Both the position numbers and the translations under genes were made by a program. Below the pieces are notes generated by a model. That model did no database searches. It worked only from the letters and a program-made list of their open reading frames with translations, and was not told the DNA's origin. Below, in pieces: positions 29,661-44,092 of a DNA stretch of 64,000 nt. The first letter of the stretch is position 1. Each line of letters opens with the position of its first letter. The DNA lies in the NCBI RefSeq assembly GCF_009914755.1, contig NC_060932.1; one strand, 5' to 3'. Source of the DNA: the human T2T-CHM13v2.0 reference genome, Homo sapiens.

Positions 29661-32462
29661 CTGTTCCATAGAAAATAAAAAAAATTGAAAGATTAGAAGC
29701 ATAATAATACAAAATTAAATTGTGAAGCTCTGTATACTGGATTAAAACATACATATTGATTTGTTATTTGTGATAAAAGAAAAATATACATATGCAGTGA
29801 TTAAAATATACAATGCAGATCTTCTAAAAACTTTAATGAAGCTGAAATTGATGATAATGCCAGTTAAGACAATAGTGACTACGGAAGAAGACCCTCTCTA
29901 GTCAGTCAATTATGACTGGTGTCTAAAGTTTCATAAATCAGATGAAGAAATTCTTACAGCAACAATGAGCAAACTCAACCTTCCTCTTTTTTCTTGTACC
30001 TGTATGCAGCAGCCTTTTATTTTGTCTTCAAGCAGGAATTCTAAAGAGATGGTGGTGCATGGCTGGGAATGAAAACTAGGCCCGCATGTGCCTCCTTCAA
30101 GTACTACTTGTGCTTTCTGGGCTGCCTGTTCTCAGTTAGACTTTCAGCTGTACAGCTGAGAAAGAGAAAAAAGTACAAAGCACAATTAAGAATTGAGGCT
30201 TTACCTTCAACATTTCAAAAAGAAGGCAATGAAGACCCTTGGTGTTAAAAATTGATCTATTTCTATTGGAAAAAGAGGACTTTTTTTTTCCTATTCAGTT
30301 TATGCAATGAGAGGCTCAACTTTGGGCTAAGAGACTAATTTCATATTTGCTGTAATTAACCACTAACACAGATGTAAATTAAAGATTTTCCTGATTTTTT
30401 GAACAATTGGCTGTAAGAAACATTGAAAAGAATCATAGTCTATCTACAGATCTCCTCAGTCAAGTTCATTCTCTAGAGCTGGCAGTTAAAAATAGTGCAC
30501 ACATGATCAGGAATGATTTAATCCATATAAAGCTATGTTTATTGATTTTTAAAAAAAAATTTATTGGTAAGAGGCTACTGGAAATACTGTGTTTCATCTA
30601 AATTAAACTCACAGTTAAATTAAAGTCACAATTAAAAAAGAAAAGAACCACCAGCGTACCTGTCAATAAAGAGCTACTGTATTAACAGTGTTGAAAAAAA
30701 AGTGTTTTCAGACAGTCTAGTGAAAGTAAGAATGCCAGAGGTTATCATAGCTGTCAGTTTTAAAGTCAATCTCCAGCTCCTGCTAGGAGGAAATTTCCCC
30801 CAGTGCAAGATTAGGGTTGTTTTTATTGGCTCCCATCTACTGAGTCTTAGGGATGTGTTAGGCACCAGGGAAAATGGGGAGAGATGGTCTGTCCAGTGTA
30901 CTCATACTTGAAATCTACAATTGAGTCATCAAGGAAAAGTAACTGACAAAAGAGAGAAAGGTAGTTGATGATGAGGGGTGAGAGATTTTGCAATTTGTAG
31001 TTGGTGTCTGTCTTCATTCACTGGCTCCCTGAACAGGGTGGATGGTGTTTTAAGGCTATCTTTTTCTCTTCACACTTACTGGACTGTTGGAGGGCATCTT
31101 GGATTATCACATTGCTTTACCTACTTTCATATTCTCCTATAAAAAGTCATTTCTAAGAGAATGTGATTTATTTTCTTCCTTCAAACTTCAGGACTTCATG
31201 GCTGAACTTCTTTTCTTCCCAGGAGGATATAAATCTGGACAGAAAAATTTGAAATTTGTGAATTACATAAAGTCAAGATTGAATTTAAGTTCTCCTTAAC
31301 ACTTAAGTTTGGGCAAGTTCTTAACTTCTGGAATTAAGTTCCTCATTTAAAAATTTAGTGGATATTATCTTTCTTATAGGATGTTATAATTAAATAAACT
31401 ACACAAAAGATTGACATATTATATATATTTAATACATGTTGGTTCCTCCAAGAAACTAAAAGCATGTCACATATCTAAATCTGTCACAATGAGTTCATAA
31501 AGACTTTCTAGAGGTTTTTGGAGGAGGAGTTCTGTATTTAGGCAGAGGGGGTGGTTACCTGTAGGATTATTTAATAAGCTTTCAGAATGTTCCCATATTG
31601 AACAAGGTTTTCATGGTTCTAAAGTTCTTACGCTTAAGATCATTTCCTTGGATTAAAATATTGTAAATATTAAAGGTAAGGGTTAAGAATGCAAAATGTT
31701 AAGTGAAAAGGAAACGTAACTGTGGAGCTTATGAAACAGATAACTTCAAGTTTTCTTGGGGAAGGAAGCAGGTATGAAATATGGTCCAGGGCCAGTCAAT
31801 TTGAGAGATGTTCTTTTCACTGCAGATGTAAAAAGTGTCTATGTGTGTGGGGTATCTGTTAGAACTCTTCAGGCCACCACACTGTAGCAGAGAGAGAGAG
31901 AATCGATACCCATCCATTCATACACACATGCAATGTTTACTGAGCATCGGCTATGAGGCAGCTCTGGGAGAACCAAATCAACACCTTCCCTGCCCAAATG
32001 AAGCTTACAGTTATTTAAAATTAATCAAATGATCAAGCAAGCATAAAATTATACTACAAATGGAGAAGTGATGGAGTTACAACTGGATGTTACCACCAAC
32101 AGCCATTTCAGTTCTGAAAGAGGTGATAAAAGGAGTCAAAAACACCTCCATAAGTTCTAGGGAAAATGTTTTTGGCCCTGCCCTGGGAAGGTGGACATCC
32201 ATGTCATCTCTGACATAAAAGAAAATAATTATTACCCACATACAGCTGACACCCATGTGTTAACCCTTGAAAGTGTTTCGAAATGGAACTTTTAAAGTGT
32301 CAGAATAACTCATTGAACTCCAGATCTCTTGATGTCTAGATATTTCCACCTTATTTATATTTTAAAAGATCCCCAAAGCAGGCCGAGACCAGAAGAGGGA
32401 ATCTCTCTCAGTTGGCAGATTAGAGAAGAAATCTGTACCGTGGTATGTGTGTTAGACTTGTT

Positions 32463-32826
32463 TGTATTAGTCCATTCTCATGCTGCTATGAAGAAATATC
32501 CAAGACAGGGTAATTTATAAAGAAATGAGGTTTAATTGACTCACAGATCTGCATGGCTGGGGAGGCCTCAGGAAACTTACAATCATGGTGGAAGGCACCT
32601 CTTCACAGGGCAGCAGGAGAGAAAATGAGTGCCAGCAGGGAAGATGCCAGACACTTATAAAACCAACAGATCTCGTGAGAACTCACTCACTATCACGAGA
32701 ATAGCCTGAGGGTAACAGCCCCCATGATTCGATTACCTCCCACCAGGTCCCTCCCAGGACATGTGGGGATTATGGAAACTACAACTCAAGATGAGATCTG
32801 GGTGGGGACACAGCCAATGCAGATCA
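32463..32826 (-). mobile_element. THE1D-like MaLR solo LTR
   Basis: TGTATTAGTCCATTCTCATGCTGCTAT...GGTGGGGACACAGCCAA; TSD TTGTT/CTGTT. Confidence 0.92.
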
Positions 32827-33179
32827 CTGTTCTTCCTTGGATGTGCCATATATCAAGAGAGGAAAGCCAGCTACGAAATGACTCCCCTTAATTACACATA
32901 AGGATTGAACTATATTTGCTGTCTTGTCACTATGCAGAGTCTTCATAAGGCTCTACTTTTGTTAGGATGAATATGCTTGTTAGATACCATTCTGAGGACA
33001 GTTTTTGACAGCAGCAGAAGAGAATTGTAAAAGGCCATGTAGTGAAGAGATCCCATATCTTCAAAAAGGAGAAATGCCTTGAATATCCTAATGTGCTTTG
33101 GTGTCACATCATTTACTCAAAGCACTGAGCAAGTTTCTTTGGTTCTCAGTAGTCACCTGCAGAAATGTTCACAAAACAA

Positions 33180-34000
33180 CTTCTCCACTGGAGTTCCCCA
33201 CTGCAGGCAGTGGCACAATGGCCCTTCAAGTGGCCCAAGACAGCAACCTGGGCATCTTCCCTCGTTTCTCATTATTCCTTAGTTTGCCCCACAATAATCA
33301 CTGCACCCAATCCATCACTCTGTTTTGTTGATTCTGCCTCCTATTTCCCAAGAACGTTCATTTATCTACCATTACCTTCACTATGACCTCTCAATTAGGC
33401 TAGTGGATTTCTAGTTTCTCCCAACTCCATTTTATTATGTGCTTTGTACCCAAAGAGATCCCTAAAGATCTAATTTTATTACATTCTTACTTAAAACATT
33501 TTAGTATCTAACTCCCTGGCATGACATACAAGGCCCTTTAGGATCTAGCCCCTGAGGACCTCTTCAGTGCCATATCTAACTCCTGACCCCTTGCCCCATT
33601 CCTCCTGCCCCAGCCCCACTGAACTGGGTGCAGACCACAAAGGCTCCAGCTTTTCTGTCACCTTTGGGTGTTTACACAGCCACACCCTCTATCTAGAATG
33701 CGGTTCTCCCTTCTCCTGTTTCTCTCCCACTTGTCCTTTGGGTCTAGTTTAGATATTGACCCCTATGCAGAGCCTCACCTGACCCTGGAGACTGGATCAG
33801 ATGCCCTACAATGTACACCACAAAAATGTGCTGCCATTTCAGTTTTCGCACTATATTTTAGTTGCTTATTTACTCGACAGTCCCTCTTTGCTAGAGATGT
33901 AAATTTATTGAGAGCAAAGATGACTCAGATGTACTCTATTGTATCCAAAGCACCCAGGGACATTGTAGGACCTCAGTCAATGTTTGTTGTGTAGATGAAT
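33180..34000 (+). mobile_element. L2 LINE 3' region
   Basis: CATACAAGGCCCTTTAGGATCTAGCCCC... ending in an L2-type tail TCAGTCAATGTTTGTTG. Confidence 0.6.
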
Positions 34001-35319
34001 TTGCATTCCCACTAGATGCAAGCCTAGGGCATTACTTCCCCCTGCAGCCTCCAGGAGAGGGAGAAGAAACACAGGCTCAGAGGACTTTCCAGCCTTGGGA
34101 TTCCAGGAGTTTATGAGGACACTGATGGCCTTAAGCAAAGGAAGAATATCATTGAATTCAGAAAAAGGGAGAAAGCAGAATTGGCAAGATACAAAGAAGA
34201 AAATTCTGTTCACTTCTCATTTTGCCTCAAACCAACTTTTCATGTAATTTAAGTTCACTTTCTTTTATGCTGTTGACACTTTATGCTGACTTAGTGGGGT
34301 ACAAGTATCACTAATCCCCGTCTCAGATCTTTAATAAATTCTTTTTAAAAACTGCATCTTGGCTATCCTCACCTGTCCACAGTTTCAATCTGAAATTCTC
34401 TGACAGAAGGAGGAAACGGAAATAATTTTTGAATTCACCCAGGATAAGACCATGTTCATGTCTCCCAAGATAACTTTCACTCTTAAAGATTATATAATAT
34501 TTCTGTCCATTCAGTTAATAAGATTTGCTTTGCTATTTAATGTGTAAGAGACAACCCCATAAATATAGATGAATATTAGATTTCTAGGTATTATTTGGTA
34601 ATGTTTTATTGTATTAAGAATTATTTACATATACATCTGGAAGATGATTGCTTGTTTATTTCCCATAATTGTGATGTCTTTTTAAAGGACTATTCAGTTA
34701 AGGGATCTATATTTCTCTCGATTTTGATGGTGGTGGTGTTTAAGTGCATGATTTGTACACCTTAAAAGTAGAGACATAAAAGCTCAATACTTAGAAAGGA
34801 ATTTGAAATTCACGGAAACACTGTGGAAACTCAGGCCTGTGTGTTTCTGACTTCATTAGGTAAATCTTTGGGAAAATTTGAACAAAAAGTAAGTCAAAAA
34901 ATAATGGTTGTAAGTTTCATCACCATTTTTAGCAAAAAAAAAAAAAAAAAAAAAGTCAGATGTGGTTTTTCTCAGAACTGCCCTTAATGAAAGAAGTCTG
35001 TAAAGTATAGTTCAGTTACTGACCAGAGGAAGCTTTTGTATGAAAGATTTCAAGAGCAAGATCCCTCTTGAAATCTCTCATATAAAACTGCATTTTTGTG
35101 GAGAAGCACCAGAAGATTAGAATACGTGTCAAAAATGAGAATGAAATGTAGGATTTAGGACCTCTTTGTTGTTATTTGAACTCTTCTCATAGAAACAACT
35201 CCACATCAGCTGACATCAAGGACATGAAACTCTCAAAGATGGCACCTCTGATTTGTACACATATAAATCCCAGGAAACTCAGGCTATATTCTGACAGACA
35301 AGAAGTGCAGGTTACAGTA

Positions 35320-36185
35320 AGAAAGGCTGGAGGTATTAGAGCCTGCTGTGAGCCTGCTTACTCTGGGTTTGAATCTTAACCCCACCATTTACAATTCTGT
35401 GACTCTGGACTCATCTTTTTGCTTTTGGAGCCTTAGACTCTTGGTAAAATGAGTCCCCAGATACCAGCCTCAAAGGATTGTGATGAGGGTTAAACAGGGC
35501 TGGCTACATAATTTTCGGGGCCCAACATAAAATAAAAATATAGAATCTTTTGTTCTATATTTAGTGATGTATAGACACTAATCAAGAAAAAAGTGCTATG
35601 GAAGGTACTAAAAGTAAAAAAGATTTTCCTTTCTTCCTTGATCTCTCTCTACACTGGTTGCAGTGTTTTTATTTGCTATGTTGTGCTCTCCCACAGGGAG
35701 AGCCACCCCTCCTGCAGAACTCCCCTTCCATGGGCCTCCTGTTCCAACTGAAGATAGACTGGCAACTGCCAAAGGATTGTGACCAGGTTGCCAAGATGTG
35801 CTCAGTACCTGGGGCAAGCAAAGGCTCAGGAGTCATCCAGTGAATGGGCCCATAGCACTTTCAGTCTGGCACTCCAAGCACCACAAGTGGGGGAGTGTAA
35901 GGCGAGAACCTATCCCAGGGAGGGAGGAAGTTGGCCAGAGGAGGGACCCATGCGACCTGAGGCTCCAAGGCTCTCATGCTCCATTTTTCCATAGACTTCA
36001 CTTACAAAATATTAAGTTCAGAAATAAAATTATTAAGCATTTCAAGAAGGCTGCTGTAGAGGATTAAACCCTGAGCCCAGGGCTCTTTCAGTACAGGGGA
36101 CTATGGGACTGCACTGGTTGCACATCCATGAATCCCACCTTGGGAATAAATAACAATGTTCTAAACCCCCTGGTGCACAGGAAAC
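35320..36185 (+). mobile_element. MIR SINE split by MER45
   Basis: CTGGGTTTGAATCTT...CCTCAAAGGATTGTGATGAGGGTTAAA, resuming after 36150. Confidence 0.55.
35495..36142. mobile_element. MER45-family hAT-Tip100 DNA transposon
   Basis: Termini CAGGGCTGGCTACATAATTT... and ...CATGAATCCCACCTTG; degenerate 8-bp TSD GGGTTAAA/GGAATAAA (6 of 8 match). Confidence 0.8.
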
Positions 36186-36849
36186 CCCACAGTTATACAT
36201 GATGGCTATGGGGCAATTCAGGTCGAGATGACACATGGTATTTTTAATTAAATATTTTGCAGAGGTAAATATACATTTTAAAAATAAAAATGTTTTAAGA
36301 GTCATCTTCATCCAAGACCCTTCAGTGATAGTGCAGCCTTCTGAGTGAAATCTTAGCTAAGAGACAGCATGAAATACAAGCACTCATTGGCCAGTGTGCA
36401 CAGCAGGAAAAGCATCCCCCAGTAAGGTTTTAGGACTCTAAGTGTGCAGGTGGCACCTGTAATGGTAGAACTGTGCTCAAATAACAATTTTTACATATCA
36501 GTCAGCATAATGGCAGAGTAAAAAGTGCTTGATTTTGGTGTTGGAATAAGAATGAGCCATAATTGGAAGTTTAATTGAGGGGAGGGAGAGGCATGTGGGG
36601 CTGGGTTATAAAGTCTATCTAGGGTTTATGGAGACTGTAAAGAAGTGATTCGCGTGAATGCTTAAGCATCTTATCAAAACTTCTGTAGAGACAGGGACAC
36701 TCGTCTAGTGAAATCGCCATTCATACAAATCTGCTTTAGCAGGGTGAAGGGTACAGATTAACAGCTGACTCTGGAATAATACATATATGTTCAGAACCGT
36801 CAGAGGGACAGCGATCAATGTCAAAGCTGATGAAGCTCTTGGGTACTAT

Positions 36850-37385
36850 TTGGATTACTACAAAGCCTCCCACTGCAGGCAGGCTGACTTTTTTCAAACA
36901 TATATATCATGATGTCACTATACTGTTTGAAATATATTGGCTTCCAGTTGCCTGAGAATAGCCTAAACCCTTACATTGCTGACAAAGCCCTTCACAATTC
37001 GGGTTTGTCTACTTCCTCACTCTGCTCCACACTCTTATTCCTCCACTGAATTCCTCTCACCTCTTGACTCCTGCTTCTTTTCTCAGAAACATTCCATCTT
37101 CCACCATCCTCTCCTTTTTCAATAAAGTCTTGTAAGCCCATTAGTCCATAACCTAAACATCAAATCTTCAGGGATGAAGGTCTTCCCTTATATGAGGTAG
37201 AGTGTATGCTTCCATTTGGCTCCAACAGCACCCTGTAAGGCTATCAGAGTAGTTTTGATATTGTTTCATATTTGCTACAGGATAGCAGGTATCATATCCA
37301 TCATGACCATCTTCGTATCTTGACACATGAATGTATGACACATAGTAGGCACTCAACAACTATGAGTAGACTAAAGAAGTGATAA
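36850..37385 (+). mobile_element. L2 LINE 3' region
   Basis: Ends ACACATAGTAGGCACTCAACAAC. Confidence 0.6.
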
Positions 37386-38377
37386 ATGCACTTTTCCTAT
37401 AGCCTAAGGAGTATAAAGAAGCTCAGTGTCTATACATCACTAAAGCAGATTATCTACATGTTTACACTGTGTTGGGGTAAAGTATTAGTGAAATACGTGA
37501 TGCAGATGTAGAGACAGTCCTTTCCTAGAGCTGGGCTGCCACTCAGGCTATAGATGTTGGACCATTCTAGGTGTCAGATGTTGGGATTAGAGTCACAGGT
37601 GTGTTTAAAAAGATCTGCATAAGTCGAACTCCAAATAAACAGTATGTCATACAAAGCATGAGTCAAAAGCCAGAGCAAGAGATAGCTTTGGATGTGCTTG
37701 ATATGTTTCTTGAAGCAGTGTCTTTTTTCGTGTCTCTTCAAGCTTGTGACAATTTGAGGGGTCTGCCCAGGTCTCCTGAGACAAATATTTTGGGAGATGA
37801 TTATCGATGTGGCTTTCACATTGACACGCCTAACTGGAATGTCATACCTGCGGAGGAATATTGATAAAAGATTGAAGAGGTTAGGTTGTCTCTGATTAGG
37901 CTAAGAGTTTCAACTGATATGACTGGCTCTCAAAGGCTTTATAGGGCCTGGAACAAGGCAGTAATGAGATGAAAGTTTTCTCACAGTGTCAGACAGTTTT
38001 AACTCTTAGCGTCTGTGTAAAGAATCAACAGTAGGGGTGACATGGAAAACTGCTATGATGAGATGAGACTATGTATCAGCATCCAGGACTGTGCACATTC
38101 CACTTCAGAAACCCTGGTACATGTTTGAAGAGATATGCACTCACATTATATCACTGCCTATTTGGAGAAGTTCTGGATACCTTCATCAAAGTTCCATTAC
38201 AAAGAAATGCTATTGAGTTTCTATGTAAAGACTGCTGATAGACAGCTCATATAATAATCTGATGTTTTTTCCTTTATTCATTCAATAAATATTTGGTGAT
38301 CACTCACATGTGCCAGACCCAGTTCTTAATACTAGAGATTTAGCTGTGAACAAGAGATACATTTATGTACTGTCTAG

Positions 38378-38505
38378 AACAGCATTGGCCAATGGAATTC
38401 TGCAATGATGGAAATGTTGTTATCTGTACTAATACAATAGCCAGTAGCCACATGCGGTTATTGCACATTTGAAATGTGTCTGGTATGACTGAGAACCTAA
38501 ATTCA
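38378..38505. mobile_element. MER3-like hAT-Charlie fragment next to an L2 tail (38275-38360, minus)
   Basis: CTGCAATGATGGAAATGTT...TAGCCAGTAGCCACATGCGGTTATTG...TTGAAATGTG...GACTGAG. Confidence 0.7.
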
Positions 38506-40789
38506 AAATCTCTCTTATTCAAAACCCTGTACTCTACTTGATGTCCAACAGAGGCCACCTTTCTCACACCTCATCCATTGCATTGTCAGTGCAAAATCTT
38601 ACAAAAATATTTGTAGTTTCCTATAAAACTTGACTTTATTTCTCTTCTGTGTTTTTGTTTGTTAAGTTCCCTTGGCCTAGAATAAGCAAATGCCTACCAC
38701 TACCCCCACCACAAGACCCTACCTGACCACTTCTATTCCCAGTAGGAGCCACAGCCTTCATGAAGCCTTGCCCACATGCCTCAGTCAGTTCCCATAGATC
38801 CCCATGCATCTCTTCATCATAACACTTACCACATATTACAAATAGTCACTTTTATACTTTAGAGGTAGTGGAGCATGACGGGTATGAGTACAAGCTCCAA
38901 GGCCAGATTCCCTAGGTTCAGGCACACAAGGATTTACTATAAGCAATATATTTTCGAATTTTATAAATACTAATTATCAAAGGCATGCATAATTGCCAAT
39001 TACAACATTAACTCTAGACAAAAAATATAGAAATATAACACATTTAATATCCATGATCGCCTCATCAAGCATGAGTGAGTTTTCAGTGAGAACTTTTGAA
39101 TTATTGGTTATAATTGATTAAGAACCCCATCACTGCTCTTGGGGAAACTGAGCTAATGTAAAGGAAAAAAAGGGTCATCAGTTAAATTTGCATTTATTCT
39201 AAACTTGTGTGCTAAACTTGTGTGCTAACAATTTCTAGCTGCAGATAAGTTCAGAGGAAACATTCAAAAAATAAGTAACACAAACAAAGGCATTCATGAG
39301 TAAATCAACCAACCAGACAATTTACTCTAGGGAGGGTACATGAGTAGCTTTTTCCTTGTTCATTGTAGACCAAATGGAACTCTTGATGCTGTCAGAAATT
39401 TGTCAAGATGCACACTCAGATAGCTCTTGAAAGGATGGAAAGTAAATGTTGTTCTCTATCATTTTTGCCATAAAGGTATGGCATTTAAGTTATAGGGTCT
39501 GAAGATAAGACGGACTGTGAGAGTCCATTATAATCCAGCTCCCTTCTGCTGCAGTTACAATGCCATTTCCATTACTGCACACAGATAAGAAGAGCTCTTA
39601 TTTCAAAAGATTTCCAAGCACAGAAATACAGTCCTCTGATACCCTCCCCATTGAAATATGGTCTTTCCTACTCAATTTAAACCAATCTTTTTTTTTTTTT
39701 TTTTTTTTGGCTGGAAATTGTTAAACCCATTAACTTTCATTCTATCTTGCGGGGAGACAGGGAAACACTTCCATCTTCTGAAAAATAACTCTCCACATTG
39801 CTAAGCATGTTATAAACTGCCTAATACCAAGAAGACAGGTTTGGGACATGAGCAGGAGTTTCTGATGCTTTTTCAATGTGCTCGTTGATACACTGATTGA
39901 CTGGGCATTAGTTTTCCAATCTGTAAAATGTGTACACTAAGACTTTTCACTTGCTTTTCTCATTGGTGTTTTGTGAAAAAATCATTCTCTCTGGGACGTC
40001 GTGCTGTATCAGCCAGCTACATTTTTCATCAAAGAATGCTAGGAAATTTGGCTAAACTCTTTTGGGCTTCCAAATGCCTTTTAGGTTGAGGAGAGCCATA
40101 CTACAAATCTTAAACTTATGAGTTATTTGAATCTCTATTGGTGGAGACCTAAGAAAATTTTCTCACATGTACTAAGAAGCTGTAACTTGATAGAGAACAA
40201 AGAAAAAAAACTCCAGAATGGGAGCTACTCTGAAAGTTCTGAGATGAAAGGACTTAGTTTCTCCTACTAAGCTGATAGGTTATTCTATTGTCAGAGTATG
40301 GGAGTTAAGCTGGCGGTCCTCATTTTGATCCAGAAGCTGAGAGCTGAGGTATAGATTTCCTGAGTTAGAAAATTGTAACATAGCTCTTCTGCTTCTGTCT
40401 CCTTTTATTTGTGACATTTGGTCTTTTACTTTGTATTTTGGATTTAATTGTACTAGTGCTGTTATTGGAGTAGTCTCACAATGTACTTTGTAAATAACTG
40501 GAGTCTAGGTACATAAATATGAAATATGTAACTCCTACTCAAACTTATTCCATTTCACTTTTGCTAAACTTCACTTGTTTATTTTGAAGACACGTGAAGC
40601 ACACATATTTTATTGTTTGTGTAATTACCAAATACAGGAAAAGTTCTTCACTCTTTAACCTGAGTTTTTCAGGCTATGTCTTCAAATCACACCTCCATAT
40701 TGCCACTACCGTTTCAGCTTTGCTGTCATAATTTCATGGTTTAAACACTTAGATATTTTATTATTTTATCTCAACCTTTTGTGAAGAGT

Positions 40790-41740
40790 CAAGGAAATTA
40801 TCATGAAAATGACAAACAAGCCTCAGAATAGGAGAAAATGTTTACAAATTGTATATCTAATAAGGGACTTGTATCTAGAGTATACAAATAACATTTATAA
40901 CTCAATAATAAAAAGACAACCTAATTAAAAATAGGCAAATGATGTAGATATTTCCCTAAAGAAGACATACAAATGTCTGATAAGCATATAAAAAAGTACA
41001 CAGCATCATTAGACATCAGGGAAATGCAAATCAAAACCATGCGATGCAACTTCACATCCACTTGTATGGCAATAATAAAAAAGACAAACAATAAGTGATG
41101 TCTGGAATGTAGAGAATTCCTCATAGATTGCTGGTGGAAAATTAAATGGAGCAGTCAAATAGTCTGGCAGTTCCTCAAGCAATTGAACATAGACTTACCA
41201 TATGACCCAGAAATTCCACTCCTAAGAGAAATAAAAACATGTCCACACAAAAATGGTGCACATGAGATATTCATAGCAGCATTATTCATAGTAGCCAAAA
41301 GCTTGGATAATCCAAGTGTTCATCAACTGATAAATGGTTGAGTAAAATGTGGTATATAATGCAAAGAAATAGTATTCAGTGATAAAAAGGAATGAAATAT
41401 ATACTACAACCTGGATGAACTCAGAAAAGTTTATGCTAAGTGGAAAATTCCAGTAACAAAAGATCACATATTGGATGGTCCCATATAGCTGAAATGTCCA
41501 GAATAGGCAAATACATAGAAACAGAAAGTAGATTAGTGATTGCTTAGGGCTTGTGGAGGAAACTGGGGAGAAATGGAGGGTAACTGCTAAAGGGTAGAGG
41601 ATTTCTTTTTGGAGTTATGAAATGTTCTTAAATGGACTGTGGTGATGGTTGCATAACTCTGTGAGTATACTAGAAACCACTGATTTGTACATGCTTAATG
41701 GATGAATTGTATGGCGTGTGAATTACATCTTGATAGAATA
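40790..41740 (+). mobile_element. L1MB-type LINE 3' end
   Basis: CAGGGAAATGCAAATCAAAACCA...TTACCATATGACCCAGAAATTCCACTCCTA...GTGGTGATGGTTGCATAACTCTGTGA. Confidence 0.88.
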
Positions 41741-44092
41741 GTACTAAGTAAAGTAACTATAGAGCCCAGACAAGGGTGAGGAAAGAATATGGGATGATTG
41801 TAGTTAAATAAGAGATAATAAAGACCATAGAAATGGTGATGAAGGGTCAGATGAAAGAAAGACTTAAAAAGCAAAATAAGCAGTAAGCAATTGAAATTAA
41901 AAGATAAGGAAGCAGGAAAAGTTGAGGATGAGTTTGATTTTCTATTTTTAGTTGGTGATACCATCTCTGGACTCCAGCTTGAGTTGTTGAAAAAAAAATC
42001 CTTATTTTCAATTAACAGTTTCCTTTCCCAAGTCTTCTCCATGTAATGTAAATTGCATTCCACTGAATTTAGCCTAAAAAACAAAAATTGGAAGTTTTCT
42101 CCTGGGATAAATATGCATTAGAGAGGTTGACATTAAAAAATTATGGTGACATATTCCATAGGAATATCAAAATGGTAAAATTGTTGAACAATCTCTCCCA
42201 CAGCATCACCCAAATACAACTATTGTATTTATGATGTGATTTGAAATTTCATTCACATATTTTTCCTTCACTCATTTGTACAGTAGATGCCTGTGGGGAA
42301 AAGTTTCTGATCATAGATTTTCTTGAGAATCCAAAGAAATGAACAATTTTAAATTATTGGATGGCTGAAATGTAAACGATACCTCTGAGCAACAGAAACC
42401 CACTAGGTTTATGAAGCAACCTCTTGACATAAACTATCACTGATGGATTTATATTAGTGATTGCTCATACTTGAGCTCAATGTCATTTAGTAGACCTTTC
42501 ATTCTTATGCCATTCATTTGAAGCCCTGTTACCCTTTCTCCTTCATATAAACGAGGAACAAGAAATCCTACTGAAATTTGCCCTCTGTAATCACTAGTCT
42601 GAAGTAATGAGAACTTTTATTAATTTTACCTTTTAATGTATATTCACTGATGGGAAACTTCTCATCAATGAATATACATTAAAATCTTCAATGACAAGAT
42701 TTTTAAAAATCATATGGAGTAACAGTTACTCTGCCATGACGTTGGCATCCCTCAATTGGCAGATGCCATCTTGCAGCCCAGCCAGAATGGAGAAAAAGGT
42801 TAATGCATACAGGGCATCCCCACTCTGTGACTGAAATCCAGGGGCACCCAAATGTTTCAAGGGTGAAGACCTCAGATCTGAGGTTGTTTCCAGTAGTTAA
42901 GAAAGTCCTTGTCAAATACATACTTGTTCATTTTTCCTAATTTTTCTCATGAGTTTCTTTAAAACAAAAAACATAAAGGTGCTTAGAATAGAGAATTCAA
43001 TAACTGATTGAGGCAATCTTTTTTTAAAAAATCTATAGTTAGTTGAGTTGTTGAATGATCACATGACACTACAAGTGGGAGTTCAAATTTATTTTTGTGT
43101 TCTTGTAATAGTGATGTCCACATCTCTTTGCCTCCAGCTCTGTGTACCACATCTGACCCCAAGATCATAGGTATTAAAGTTTTCACTACATGACTGGTAA
43201 GGCAGCACTTTCCAATCAACCACCTTTTAACCACTTGTCTCTATTACACATTCAGTGAGGTCTATTATTTGTGAGGTTTAAGGGTGTTTATGAAATTGTC
43301 CTTTATAAACTGATAAGGACTTGTGGGTAGGCATTCAGTGCACATGAATGCTAATGAGGGCCAGAATCTATCAGTCAGTGATAGTTTGCCCAGGAAAGGC
43401 AGTCATCCACTGGGATCCCACAGCCTCCACTTTTAAATCATAGAAAACAAAATATTGACTGTAGCCCATTTTCTGGACAATCAAAGTTGACTGTTTTCAG
43501 TGGGAAGCAGTCATTTCATATGCTGAAGTTCTGTGTATAGGTTGTCTTCAGGAGCCCATACCTTCCACACATTAAAAAAAAAAAAAAAAAACAAAAAAAA
43601 ACTTGTTCCCTGCATAAAAGTGAAATATTTTCCATGTCATAGCAATGTCACTCTTATCAAAAGTGAGATAAAAATCACGTTCAATTTCCAACAGGGTGCA
43701 CTGTCACACCTGAGAAAATCTTTCCTCACAGAAACTGAATTATAGAGAATTGGCTTGGTTTCATGCTTGGCTAACAAAATCCATGAAATCTATAAGACAG
43801 TTGAGAAGCCTAACCAATAGTCTTGTAGAATATAACCAGCAGTCATTGAATTTAACCACTAAGCATATAATATTTCTATGGAAAAGTATGCTCAGAATTC
43901 CAATTTGGGATTCCAAAGATAATTTTCTCCTTCAAAATTGCATTGGCTCTTGATGTCTAGGAGATAAAAAGCAATATAAAGGGCCATTTGGTTCCTAGTG
44001 TTATGCATTGCTTAAATACTGGCCCTTAATTTCTGCAGTTAGCTCTCTTCACATATCACTCAGGGATCATGTGTGCTCATACTGCTCATGTA

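Noticed and set aside
17726-39228. Short tandem duplications (15 bp at 17726-17755; 13 bp at 39199-39224)
   Set aside because: Ordinary slippage-type duplications with two units and no spacers; not CRISPR-like.
34934-43601. Isolated poly-A/T runs (34934-34954, 39688-39708, 43573-43601) as retrocopy tails
   Set aside because: No convincing TSD or upstream retroposed body.
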